64,000 bases of DNA from positions 82,088,001-82,152,000 of the forward strand of contig OZ024747.1 in NCBI GenBank assembly GCA_964016885.1, written 5' to 3'. Both the position numbers and the translations under genes were made by a program. The notes under the pieces were generated by a model that did no database searches, was not told where the DNA came from, and saw only the letters and a program-made list of their open reading frames with translations. Shown piece by piece: positions 14,251-26,116 of this stretch (positions are counted from its first letter, which is position 1; each line of letters opens with the position of its first letter). Source of the stretch: Eledone cirrhosa (Eukaryota).

Positions 14251-14399
14251 ATTTATTTCTGTACCTATATAAATTGCTTGATAACATACACACAGGCACA
14301 CACTTGCATGCATGTATGTATGTATGTATGTATGTATGTATGTATGTATGTATGTATGTATGTATGTATGTATGTATGTATTAAAATAACAGTTTATCA

Positions 14400-14592
14400 A
14401 TCAGGGGTAACCACAGTAAGTAAGGTACTCAATACAAAGCAGAGTATAAATATTTAATATAGAAAGGCTTCTACAGGACTAGAAGTGCTTCATTCGGGAG
14501 AAATCATCAGGAAGCCGACAAGTTGGCTTCCTGATGATTTGTCCCAAATGAAACAGTTCTAGTCCTGTAGAAGCCTTTTCTATATTAAATAT
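14400..14592. mobile_element. Short HHR-bearing element (H1) as an inverted pair; PLE pseudo-LTR remnant or retrozyme-like
   Basis: Palindrome centred at 14517-14524; each arm carries a hammerhead; left extension matches the reverse complement of 56290-56350. Confidence 0.7.
14525..14575 (+). ncRNA. Hammerhead ribozyme, type I (family H1)
   Basis: ggcttc CTGATGA tttg tcc caaat GAAA cag ttctagtc ctg TA gaagcc; 6-bp stem I, cag/ctg stem III. The mirror copy at 14466-14516(-) has GAAA changed to GAAG. Confidence 0.8.
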
Positions 14593-14618
14593 ATATATAT
14601 GTATATATATTATGTATA

Positions 14619-14667
<49 letters not shown>

Positions 14668-14672
<5 letters not shown>

Positions 14673-16305
14673 GGTTTGTATCAGGAAGAGGCACCACTGA
14701 TGCCTTCTTCCTTGTGAGGCAGTTACAGGAAAAGTACCTAGCTAAAAGTAAGCCACTCTACCTGGCATTTGTCGATCTCGAGAAAGCCTTTGACAGAGTT
14801 CCACGTGCTGTAATCTGGTGGGCTCTTAGAAAACTAGGAGTAGATGAATGGCTTGTGAAAGCTGTACAAGCCATATATAGGGGAGCAGTCAGCAAAGTTA
14901 GGATTAGCAATGAGTATAGCAAGGAATTTAGCGTACAGGTTGGTGTCCACCAGGGCTCTGTTCTTAGCCCTCTCCTGTTCATCATAGTCCTGCAGGCAAT
15001 AACGGAGGAGTTTAAGACTGGATGCCCATGGGAACTCCTGTATGCTGATTACCTCGCACTTATAGCTGAATCTATGGTAGAACTAGAGAAGAAATTCCAA
15101 ACTTGGAAGCAGGGACTAGAAAGAAAGGGTCTCAAAGTCAACATGACAAAAACTAAGGTCCTTGTAAGTAGACGAGAACCCAGATCCCCTCAGCGAAATC
15201 GCCTTGCTCAGTATGTAGGAAAGGTGTAGGTAGGAACACCATTCTCTGCCCCAAATGCAAACAATGCGTACACAAGAGATGTAGCAGGATCTCAGGAAGC
15301 TTAATTAAGAATGTAGGCTTCACATGCAGCAGCTGTACTGGGACAGCAAGCAGCAAACAGCCACAGGAAACAAGTACCACCAATCTCTGGGAGGGCTCTG
15401 TAGAGACAGTAGACAGCTTCTGCTACCTAGGTGACCGAATTAGCAGCGGAGGTGGGTGTTCAGAAAGTACAATAACTAGGGTAAGAACGGGATGGAAGAA
15501 GTTCAGGGAACTACTACCACTGCTAGCTGCAAAAGGCTTCTCCCTCAAAATGAAAGGCAGACTGTATGATGTGTGTATCCGAACAGCAATGTTACATGGT
15601 AGTGATACCTGGGCGTTGAAGGTGGAAGACTTATGTAGATTAGAGAGAAACGAAGCCTGCATGCTCCGATGGATGTGTAATAGTAATATATGCGACCGAC
15701 AAAGCATAAATGAACTGAGAGAGAGACTGAGCATAAGAGGAATCAAATGCTGTGTGCAGGAGAGGAGGTTGCGTTGGTATGGGCATGTGATGCGTATGAA
15801 GGATGACAGCTGCATAAAAAGGTGCAGACCACTAGAAGTCGATGGAAACCGCAGAGTGGGGAGACCCAAGATGACCTGGGATGAGATGATAAAAGCCGAC
15901 CTTACCCAATTACACCTCTCCAAGGCGATGACACATGACCATGACCTCTGGCGTCACGCAGTAATACAGAGTACCCGACCTCCCATGGGTACAAGCTGAA
16001 GCATATAGACAATATGCCCCCACACCCTCCCACTGCAAGGTGGTCGTGGAGGTGCCACAGCAAAAAAGCACCCAGCTCACACTGTAAAGTGGACGTGTAG
16101 GCGCCACAAAAAAGCACCCAACACTCACTGTAAATGAGGTTGGTGTTAGGAAGGGCATCCAGCTATAGAAATCAAGCCAAATCAGTTCCTGTATCAGCAA
16201 GGCATGGTCAGCCGACCAGACACTGCCCACAACAGGACAACTCATCTAACCCATGCTAGCGTGGAAGAACAGACGTAAAACGGTAATGATGATGATGATG
16301 ATGAT
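14668..16305 (+). mobile_element. RTE LINE family C, 5'-truncated and frameshifted, with 3' UTR and (GAT)n tail
   Basis: FGFVSGRGTTDA...FVDLEKAFD...QGSVLSP...YADY (catalytic D lost); frameshift near 15180; [11 protein letters not shown]; (TA)n on both sides. Confidence 0.93.
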
Positions 16306-16374
16306 ATATATATATATATAATATTAATTCAAAATATTAACAAAATAGATATTCTTGTGATCAATTATATTTTA

Positions 16375-16845
16375 TTATACATATTTCAGAGGTACTGAGG
16401 TGTATTTTTGTTAGAGGTACCTACTGACTGTAGGTTTCGCTTTGTACTTAGGCAAGGCGGGTCTTCTGTATTACTGTGTAGCGCCAAAGATCTCGGTCCA
16501 GTGACATTGTCTTGTAGAGGTGTAAGTGTGTGAGGTCGGAATTTATCAAGTCGTCCCAGGTTTTTCTGGGTCTGCCTACTCCGTGGCTACCATGCACTTT
16601 TTTATACAATTGTCGTCTTTCATGCGCATCACGTAACTATACCAACGTAGTCTTCTCTCGAGTAAACAACATCTGATTCCTCTTATTCCTAATTTCTCCC
16701 TTAGTTCATTTATGCTTTGCCGTTCACGTATATTACTATTACACATCCAACGGAGCATGCAAGCTTCGTTTCTCTCCAGTCTGCGTATATCCTCTGCACA
16801 CAATGCCCAGGTCTCACTGCCATGTAACATTGTTGTTCGTACTTG
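16375..16845 (-). mobile_element. RTE family A-related 3' fragment with internal deletion
   Basis: [30 protein letters not shown]; similar to 22250-22710. Confidence 0.88.
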
Positions 16846-17062
16846 AAAATATTTATACCTGATGAAAAACAAGTTTTGAAACTTGTAGTATACATTTTTA
16901 AAATATACTCACATATCTCTGTTGCTAATATGAGTATATAATTATATATATAGCTATTTACTTACATTCACACATAAATATCTATATAGCTGCAAAAAAC
17001 ATGCATGATATTCTATACAACCATAAATAGTCAAACAGTGCTTATGATTTCTGACCTTTCAG

Positions 17063-17105
17063 ATTTATAAAGGAAACCTCTGCAATGAAAGCGTGGGCGG
17101 AGTAG
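17063..17105 (+). CDS. Candidate terminal exon (FIKETSAMKAWAE*)
   Basis: Good acceptor tttctgacctttcag, stop TAG, AATAAA at 17136-17141; no homology recognised. Confidence 0.22.
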
Positions 17106-17855
17106 TTGTGTATATTTATTCTTAAGAGTATCATTAATAAAAGATATGGATACAACAGAAAATGAAAACTGGGAATGAACTTGCTTTTCTGAGAGCATTG
17201 TGCTGTACAAAAATACACAAATATATTCACATGTATGCATGCACAGACACATACTCTCACACAGATACATACATTCACACACACACACACAAGCTCATCT
17301 TTTGTTTTGAATAGAGCCATATCTATCTTGCTTAAAATTTAAATACTGCTTACACTTACAGCAGTAAAATTTGTGTATACACATATTTATATGTTATGTA
17401 AATTTTAGATCTCTTTTATATGATTTTTATGTTGCATATTTTTGTTTGTTTTTAGCCAGTAAATCCTTTTTTTTATGTTTCATAATTTTTTTTTTTTTTT
17501 GTATGGGTTTGCAAATTTACAGTTGATAATTGTTTCTACTTTTGACACAAGGCCAACAATTATCCCAGTGCATTACTGGTACTTTATTTTATCGACCCCT
17601 GTAGGGATGAAAGGCAAAGTTAATAATATCGTGTTTCCATTAAACCTTTACAAATTACTTTATTCTGATATTTAATTTGATATAAAACTGATATACAGAA
17701 AGTCAAAATGGAGTGTATAAAAACAAAACGAAGAGGAGACACAGTGGAGCAAGAATAGAAATTAAGGTCCCAGAATGTGTGACAAGAGACCTTTGATAAT
17801 TAAATAACCATCCAGTTACTAAACTAATAAAGGAATGGATTTGTTACCTGATTAA

Positions 17856-18024
17856 TAATGATTTCTACTATAAGCACAAGGCCATTAATTTGTGGGGAGG
17901 GGAAAGTCGATTAAATCGACCCCAGTACGTTACTGGTGCTTTATTTTATCAACCCTGTAAGGATGAAAGGCAAATTAACCTCGGCAGGATTTGACTCTCT
18001 ACCGATACTGCCAATCCACCGCCC
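17856..18024 (-). mobile_element. tRNA-derived SINE with internal deletion (another partial copy at 17526-17621)
   Basis: Core and head match the family. Confidence 0.8.
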
Positions 18025-18507
18025 TTGTTACCTGATTAACAATAAATCCAAATGCAACTCAACTGATACAAAGTAACCTTCCATATTCTCATACACTTAA
18101 TCATATGTTGTGTGACATTAAAACAATATCTAAAGTTATTTTACACTCGGGTCATTGGACCAGAAACTGTTCATTAAGTGAAATTTTGTTTACTGAAAGC
18201 TTCCATAGAAAGAATAAGCTAAAGTACAATATTCATACCATTTCTAAATGTATTTGTAATAGATGTAAATTGAACTGATTCCAACCAGAAATTGAAACTT
18301 TGCCCGACACTGAACTTGCTCAGAATGCAGTAATACTGCACTACAGCAATGGCAACATGGGTAATAATAAACAGTAAATTGATAAATAAAAGTAGAGTGG
18401 AACATAATTCATGAATACAAACTGTAAACCTGCATATTTATTATTTAACCCTTTTGGTGCCATATTTCTCATGAAATACACTGTTTATGGGTTCAATTAT
18501 TCATTAA

Positions 18508-18718
18508 TCCTTTAGCATTTAAATTGGCCATGTCCAGCCATAATTCTCTCACCTCTTTCTGTTCAAACCGGCCATAACCGGCTGCTCATACTTATGTTAA
18601 GGTATTGTTCTCAAAATAAATATCAAAATCTTGTAGATTCAATATTATGAGAATGTGAGATAAAACCTTTACCACAAACATACAATGGTATATATAGAGT
18701 AATGTAAATGCTAAAGGG
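18508..18718. mobile_element. TTAA-flanked piggyBac-like MITE, nested in a second TTAA MITE (18449-18850)
   Basis: ttaa-tcctttagcattta ... taaatgctaaaggg-ttaa; other copies at 20880-21088 and 55545-55765; outer element ttaa-cccttttg ... caaaagtg-ttaa. Confidence 0.75.
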
Positions 18719-19974
18719 TTAAATTAATCAGAAATGTTGAGAGGTTTAACATAATTATAATAGAAGGCTTAGATTTAAATATAAACACCTAAAAATAGGA
18801 AGTTTTATAACATAGAAACAAACATAGTTTCAGGCGTAGTTTCAAAAGTGTTAACATTAATGGTGTGACATGGTGAAGAGTGAACAGTATAACCATATTT
18901 ATTTTTATTTGTTAAAAACAAAAGAAAAACAAATATGAATGATTTCAAGTGAATCACCCAGGTAGTAGAGAGAAAATCTACCAAGACAACAAGGTCTACT
19001 AAGGCAACAAAGACTGGTATCTTCCTAGTTTGTTTGTACTAAATGATTTGCTGTCATCAGGCAGAGAAAACAAAACAGAAGAACATGATATATATATATA
19101 TATTTATATGTGTGTGTGTGTGTGGGGGGGGGGGAGCAGTTCCAATTTAGTATAAAGGCCAGGACTGTGACAAGTGGAGAGATGCTGTGCTGAATTGAAT
19201 AGGAACCATCCCACCCTTGCAAGCAGGGAAAAGTGGAAGTAAAATGATGATGATGATTATATGTATATATATATAGGTTGCAGTAGCATTTGATTAAATA
19301 TCACATATTCTTTGAGAAAATCAGACATGTGGAATTTGTGTAAATTAACCTTTGGACAGAAGAGGCTATTAATTTCCCCCTTTATTTTCTTTTGTATGTA
19401 TATTTTAAACATTTTGTTGTTATATTTGGCTTTGTGGATTTTTGCTTTATAGCCAAATATTACTTATACATGAAAAGTTTCTCATATAAATATATATATG
19501 GATTTTTTTTCAGCAGGATAAACATAACATTTGTCAATCATAAAACAAAAAATACATCTATTTTACAACTATTTTGCTATTGCATTGAACTTATATATAT
19601 ATATTTTTGTATATTCACATGAATATATGGAGCAGATTTATTTACAGCTGGATGCTGTTTCTATTACAAACAATTTGATTGTAAAGCACATTCAGCAAAG
19701 GAGGTCGAGACAAGTGAAGTTATGTGAATTGCCTTGGGACCATATTATATAGAGAAAATAATAATGATACAAAAAATAACTATTATATTCACTCTTCATA
19801 TGAAAGGATGTGTTTATTTCTATTGGAAATATACTACTGTAGAATTTCAAAATATGATCACTGAAGGCAGGAAAACTCAAGTAATTGGAAAATATAAACT
19901 AGAGTATGATTGGTTGTATGTGAAAAATGAACTTGACAGGTATAGTAAGGAAAGTAATTCTGTGAAAAAGTGTT

Positions 19975-20265
19975 AGTGCATGTTGGTACCACAACATCCA
20001 GTTCAAACTAATGAGGTCGTGTAGGTGTCACGACAAAAAAAAAAACACACAGTCCACGCTGTAATGTGGTCGTGTAGGTAAAAAGCTCCCAGTCCACACT
20101 GTAAATGTGCTTGGTGTTAGGAAGGGCATCCAGCCGTAGAAAACCTGCCAGATAGTCCTTTAAGAGCGAGACACGGTCACCCGACCAATCTTGCCTCAAG
20201 TAGGACAATTCCCGTCTAACCCATGCTAGCGTGGAAGATAGATGTTAAACGATGATGATGATGAT
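19975..20265 (+). mobile_element. RTE family A-related 3' UTR fragment with (GAT)n tail
   Basis: Matches the reverse complement of 21904-22190; similar copy at 42715-43018. Confidence 0.82.
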
Positions 20266-20543
20266 ATATTCAAAGGAATGCAACTGGTGCATTTCTGGTT
20301 AACCATATTTTGGTGAAAACCAATACAATGCAAGTTAGAAGAAATACAGGAGTGAAAACTAGATCAAAGTAAGAAATACAAAACAACATATTTTGGGGGC
20401 TAAGATTCCTTTTGTTAAAGAAAAGAAATGGGGTGTGACAGTCATGATGGATAAAGCTCTTCCCTTCTCTTTCATATTTCATATCTTATCATCAGGGCTA
20501 TTTATAAACAGTCACAATATAGTATTTATTTTATAATATAGAG

Positions 20544-20705
20544 TTTCTACTTTTGGCACAAAGCCAGTGATTACCCCAGTGCATTACTGGTACTTTATTT
20601 TATCGACCTCGTAAGGATGAAAGGCAAAGTTAACCTCGGTGGATTTGAACTCAGAACACAAAGGGCCATAACTCTATGCTGCAAAGCATGGTGTCTGACG
20701 CTCTA
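20544..20705 (-). mobile_element. tRNA-derived SINE, partial
   Basis: Family core and B box. Confidence 0.85.
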
Positions 20706-21581
20706 AACATTTTAATATTCAGCCACTTCAATGAAACTCCATTGTTAGTATACTTGGAAGATGTAATGTCTAGGAATTATCGGACAAGAGAAAGGATTTA
20801 TTTAAGAATAATTTTTAGGTCACACCTGGCTTAGTTCCCCTGTTCCTTTGCTATAGGAACAGAGGCGGACTCTATCTAATAAAATTTAAACTGGCCGTAT
20901 CTGGGTAGAATTCTCTCACCTCTTTCTGTTCAAACTGGCCGCTCATACTAACGTTAAGGTATCGTTCTCAAAATAAATAACATCTAAATAATCTTAGATT
21001 CCATATTACGTCACATAATTATGTAAAGTAAAGACTTTACCACAAAATATAATAGTAAATATAGAGTAATGTAAATGCTAAAGGGTTAAATTGCTATCAT
21101 CTATGTTACTTAATATCAATTATGATACTAAATCCCTCGAAATTATTGATAATTTTTAAAAATTATTTGAAAATATAAGCAATGTCGTTTATTATAAATG
21201 TGGTAACAAAAGGGTTTATGTGGAAATAGAAAGACTTGCAATATTATATTATAAAGAGGGAAAATTACAAAAATGATATCTAGTCTGATTGAGAAAAAGA
21301 ACACCAAGAATAAGACCAAATGAAACAGATCATATATCAATCACAGAATAAAAAAGAGACGAAAACTAAATAATACAAAAATCATATTAGTAAACTAAAC
21401 ATAATTAATAATCTATAAAAAACGATGAAACAAAGTGCATTAATATATTGTTATGCCAATAATAAGATAGTTTTACAAAGATAAGTGAATTAACAAGACT
21501 ATAAAAGAAAAACCCAAAACAACAACGAAATTCTAATGATGGAATTTAGAATTTATTATCAAAATACTGACAATGCTAGAC

Positions 21582-21643
21582 TATATATATATTTATGTGT
21601 GTGTATGTATATATATATATATGTATATATATATAAATATATG

Positions 21644-21674
<31 letters not shown>

Positions 21675-21715
21675 GTATATATATATGTATATATATATAT
21701 ATGTATATATATATG

Positions 21716-21750
<35 letters not shown>

Positions 21751-21793
21751 GTATATATATATGTATATATATATGTATATATATATTTATATG

Positions 21794-21824
<31 letters not shown>

Positions 21825-21841
21825 GTATATATATTTATATG

Positions 21842-21892
<51 letters not shown>

Positions 21893-21903
21893 GTATATAT
21901 ATA
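21582..21903. repeat. (TA)n/(TATG) microsatellite
   Basis: Direct inspection. Confidence 0.97.
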
Positions 21904-22300
21904 TCATCATCATCATCATCATCAACGTTTAACGTCCGTGTTCCACGCTTGCATGGGTTTGGACGGGGGTAGTCCCACTTGAGGCAAGAGTGATTGTCTT
22001 GCTCGCATAGGACTGTCTGGCAGGTTTTCTACAGTTGGATGCCCTTCCTAACACCAACCACATTTACAGTGTGGGTCTGGGAGGTTTTTACCGTGTTGCC
22101 TACACGGCCACATTACAGCGTGGACTGTGTGTTTTTTGTCGTGACACCTACACGATCTCATTTGTTTCGGCCTCGAAGGCGCGGCACCAACATAACTTTA
22201 CATAGAACGGGGTGGTGTGGATCGGGTGGGGGTGGGGGTGGTGGGACGGGGTGTATTTTGTTAGAGATGCCTACTGGCTGGAGTAGGTTTTACTATATAT

Positions 22301-25300
22301 TTAGGTAAGGCGGGTCTTCTCTGTTACTGAGTACCGCCAAAGGTCTCGGTCCAGTGACATTGTCTTGGAGAGGTGTAAGTGTGTGATGTCGGAGTTTATC
22401 AGCTCGTCCCAGGTTTTTCTAGGTCTGCCTATTCCGTGACTACCGTCTATCTTTATTGCCCTGCACTTTGTTATACAGCTATCGACTTTCATGCGCATCA
22501 CGTGTCCATACCAACGTAGCCTTCTCTCGAGTAAACAACATCTGATCCCTCTTATCTCTAATTTTTTCCTTAGTTCGTTTATGCTTTGCCGTTCACGTAT
22601 ATTACTGTTACACATCCAGCGGAGCATGCAAGCTTCGTTCCTCTCTAGTCTGCGTATATCCTCTGCACACAATGCCCAGGTCTCACTGCCATGCAGCATT
22701 GCTGTTCGTATGCAGGCATCGTACAACCTGCCTTTCATTTTTAGTGAGAACCCTTTAGCAGCTAATAGTGGTATAAGCTCTCTGAACTTTTTCCAACCAG
22801 TTCTGACTCTAGCTACAGTACTTTCAGAGCACCCTCCCCCACTGCTGATTTTATCGCCCAGGTAACGGAAGCTGTCCACTATTTCTATAGAACCCTCTGC
22901 GCAATTGAAAGAGCTAGTAGTTTGTGGGCACTTGCTGCTACTTATTGCACCAGAGCACCGGCCACATGTAAAATCTATGTTCTTAGTTAGCTTACCTGTG
23001 ATCCCACTACATCTTTTATGCACCCATACTTTGCATTTAGGACATAAAATGGAGTTTCTACCTACGCCTTTCCTACACACCGAGCACGACCATTTCCCAG
23101 AAGGGACCGCCGCCTTGTTTTCTTTCCTACAAACTAGCACTTTGGTCTTAGCCAGGTTAATTTTAAGTCCTTTTGACTCTAGGCCGTGCTTCCATGTTTG
23201 GAATTTCTTCTCTAGCTCGGCCATTGATTCCGCTATGAGTGTCAGGTCGTCTGCGTATAGGAGTTCCCATGGGCAGCCTGTCTTGAACTCCTCTGTTATA
23301 GCCTGAAGGGCAATAATAAATAGTAGTGGACTGAGAACAGAGCCCTGATGGACGCCAACTTTTACGCTAAACTCTTCACTATATTCGTTGTTAATTCTAA
23401 CCTTGCTGACTGTTTCTTTATACATGGCTTGTATAGCCCTCACAAGCCATTCGTCAACGCCTAGTTTTCTAAGAGCCCACCAGATAATGGAGCGGGGGAC
23501 TCTGTCGAAGGCTTTCTCCAAGTCAACAAAAGCTAAGTAGAGGGGTTTACCTTTAGCTAGGTACTTCTCCTGTAGTTGTCGTACTATGAAAAGAGCGTCT
23601 GTGGTACTTTTGCCTGACACAAACCCGAACTGCATTTCATCTAGGTCAATTCTCTCTCTGATTAGTTGCGCTATTACTCTTTCCGTGACCTTCATGACCT
23701 GGTCGATTAATTTAATGCCTCTATAGTTACTCCTATCTAGGGCGTCTCCTTTACCCTTATAACAGTTAACGATGATGCTGCTATGCCAGTCCTTCGGAAC
23801 AACCCCATTCTGTACGACTTGGTTAACTATGCGGGTGACCATGGTGTGTCCCACCGTGCCAGATGCCTTCAGCATCTCAGCAACTATTTCCGAAGGCCCA
23901 GCCGCCTTACCAGTCTTCATATCCTTGATTGCCTTACTTATTATACTCCCCTCGACTAACACTGCTGGTCCCTCTATTGGGTCGATATGGGGGAGACTGC
24001 CTTTCTCCCAATTATTCTCCTCATTTAGAAGCCTTTCATAGTGACACTTCCAAGCTACCTTCTTATCAGCGTCGGTGATGGCAAGTGTGCCATCGTCGTT
24101 TAGTACACACTTCTCCCCGACAATATCACGGTTTTCCTTGACGCATTGCCTAGCAATCCTGAACACCTCACGTTTTTGGTCATCGCGTTGTAGAACATGC
24201 TTGAACTTTCTTTCCTCAGCTTCCCTTCTTGCTAAGTACACTTGTCTCCTAGCTTCCCTCCTGGCCACTTGATAGTCCTCTCTACTTCCCCCATCCCGCC
24301 ATACTTTCCAAGCCTGCTTTTTGGCCTTAATTGACCCCTCCACCTTACTGTTCCACCACCATGTTACTCTCCTCCTGCCTACAGGCCTGCTCCAGCCACA
24401 GACTTCGTCTGTCGCCAACAGCAGGTTTGCTTTCAGAAATTCCCACTCTCCCTCTATATTGTCCGACTCTAAATGTTCTTCCTTACTGTCGAAAGCATCA
24501 AGTAATATGCTTTGAAATTTATTCCTGGCTGTGGGGTCCTTTAGCTTCCATATTTTCCTCCTGAGGATAGTCCTCTTCTGTTGTCGAGTACGTCTCGTCC
24601 TGACTATGAGGTCGCTAATTATCAGTCTATGTTGGGAGGTGCATTCTTCATGGGGGAGGGATTTAGTGTTAACAACAGACACTCTGACACGTCTTCTGGT
24701 AAGGATATAATCTACCTGGCTTGTGTGTTCCCCGGATCTATAGGTGATCAGGTGATTGTCACGTTTTTTGAAGTTAGTGTTACAGATAGTTAGGTTATTT
24801 GCATCACAGAATTCCAGGATTCTGGAGCCTTCCTCATTTCTAGTACCAAACCCATAGCCTCCATGGATTTCGTCGTAGCCGTCACAATGTTGTCCAACGT
24901 GACCATTTAGGTCGCCTGCGATAATTATATAGTCACTGTCGGATATTTGGGAGGTAGTTAGCATCAGTGTCTCATAGAATCTGTCTTTTATAGTGCCGGG
25001 CAGTCCGGATTGGGGTGCGTACGCAGATATTACTGTCACCGTAGTTCTATTGAGGACAAGTCGTATTTTAATTATTCTGTCGTTCACTCTATTTACGTCT
25101 ATTATCTTATCTGCCCACTTTTCTGCTACCATGATTCCTACTCCACCCAGCCCATCGTCGTTTCCCACCCAGAAAAGCTTATAACAACGTTTTTTACCCT
25201 CAATGAACCTAGCAGACCCACCCCTCCACCTGGTCTCTTGAATACAACAAACATCGACCTCCTTACGTTCAAGCATTTCTACAACCTCGTTAGCGCGACC

Positions 25301-25531
25301 CTTTAGGGTGCCTACATTTATGGTACCAACTCTGAAGTTTTGGATTGCGTTTGGGGGTTGGGGGCGGTGAGGGGCGGGGGGCGATGGGGTTATGTTAGCC
25401 GTCCGCGGTCGAAACAATGAGGAGTGCTCGCATTCTCGTCCAAGGGGTGAATTTGTCTTTATCTTTGGCATTGTCGCTGAGCGTCCAGATTTTTCTCTCT
25501 CACCTCCACTCTCCAGGATTCCGCAGTCCAT
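22301..25531 (-). CDS. RTE ORF: AP endonuclease + reverse transcriptase with inserted PHD-type zinc finger
   Basis: APE motifs GTINVGTL, CCIQETRW, SAYAPQ, GDLNGHVG, QVDYIL, SQHRL; RT motifs [33 protein letters not shown]; no stops. First ATG at 25531 (alternative 25471); the track start at 25570 is TTG. Confidence 0.96.
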   Translation of the reverse strand: MDCGILESGGEREKSGRSATMPKIKTNSPLGRECEHSSLFRPRTANITPSPPAPHRPQPPNAIQNFRVGTINVGTLKGRANEVVEMLERKEVDVCCIQETRWRGGSARFIEGKKRCYKLFWVGNDDGLGGVGIMVAEKWADKIIDVNRVNDRIIKIRLVLNRTTVTVISAYAPQSGLPGTIKDRFYETLMLTTSQISDSDYIIIAGDLNGHVGQHCDGYDEIHGGYGFGTRNEEGSRILEFCDANNLTICNTNFKKRDNHLITYRSGEHTSQVDYILTRRRVRVSVVNTKSLPHEECTSQHRLIISDLIVRTRRTRQQKRTILRRKIWKLKDPTARNKFQSILLDAFDSKEEHLESDNIEGEWEFLKANLLLATDEVCGWSRPVGRRRVTWWWNSKVEGSIKAKKQAWKVWRDGGSREDYQVARREARRQVYLARREAEERKFKHVLQRDDQKREVFRIARQCVKENRDIVGEKCVLNDDGTLAITDADKKVAWKCHYERLLNEENNWEKGSLPHIDPIEGPAVLVEGSIISKAIKDMKTGKAAGPSEIVAEMLKASGTVGHTMVTRIVNQVVQNGVVPKDWHSSIIVNCYKGKGDALDRSNYRGIKLIDQVMKVTERVIAQLIRERIDLDEMQFGFVSGKSTTDALFIVRQLQEKYLAKGKPLYLAFVDLEKAFDRVPRSIIWWALRKLGVDEWLVRAIQAMYKETVSKVRINNEYSEEFSVKVGVHQGSVLSPLLFIIALQAITEEFKTGCPWELLYADDLTLIAESMAELEKKFQTWKHGLESKGLKINLAKTKVLVCRKENKAAVPSGKWSCSVCRKGVGRNSILCPKCKVWVHKRCSGITGKLTKNIDFTCGRCSGAISSSKCPQTTSSFNCAEGSIEIVDSFRYLGDKISSGGGCSESTVARVRTGWKKFRELIPLLAAKGFSLKMKGRLYDACIRTAMLHGSETWALCAEDIRRLERNEACMLRWMCNSNIRERQSINELRKKLEIRGIRCCLLERRLRWYGHVMRMKVDSCITKCRAIKIDGSHGIGRPRKTWDELINSDITHLHLSKTMSLDRDLWRYSVTEKTRLT

Positions 25532-25602
25532 CCATCCATCATATATCGTATATCGTATATCGAAAGGCAACCAGGCAAGCGATAGTATAGGCCTCTGGTT
25601 TC

Positions 25603-25666
25603 TGATTGGTCCGCGTAATAATACTGGTGATGCGTGGGGGCTGTTTTATGATTGGTCCACGTAATA
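25603..25666. promoter_or_regulatory. Two CCAAT/ERSE-II-like elements in an 18-bp direct repeat upstream of the RTE ORF
   Basis: tgattggtccgcgtaata (25603-25620) and tgattggtccacgtaata (25649-25666). Confidence 0.5.
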
Positions 25667-26077
25667 GCAATGGTGGTGTGTGGGGGTGGGAGGGAGGGGT
25701 GTTGGGTAGCTAGCAAGAAGGTAATGATTGAGTGGGGTCTATGCATTTAACAAGCGATTAACAAAAATACAAAATTTGTTCTGTTAAATACGTCCAAAAA
25801 CCCACGTATTTAGCACTTAATAGAAACAGAAAATGTAGTTTGTTTTAGCGATAGATTGGCTATTTGGACTTGAATACGAAATGTGGATTGTTTTGAAAAT
25901 ACGCTAGGAGAGAGAGAGAGAGAGATGAAGTCTGTACATTACGTTTACATGAATTTCGTTTGGACAGCAAGCAAAGAAATGAAATTTGGCGAAGTGAATT
26001 CCTATCATATATTTATAGGGAGAGAGAGAGAGAGTGCGAGGGTAGGGGGCCACATGATGGCTGTGTATATATATATG

Positions 26078-26108
<31 letters not shown>

Positions 26109-26116
26109 GTATATAT

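Larger units (their letters stand above)
21904..26065 (-). mobile_element. Probably full-length RTE-clade LINE (family A)
   Basis: Intact ORF, ~400-nt 3' UTR with (GAT)n tail, ~500-600 nt of 5' sequence up to the next (TA)n. The 5' boundary is inferred from the microsatellite edge. Confidence 0.9.

Noticed and set aside
20470-20498. CTGATGA...GAAA on the minus strand
   Set aside because: No convincing stems I, II or III
22491-25664. Plus-strand ORFs overlapping the RTE
   Set aside because: Antisense shadows of the RTE coding frame
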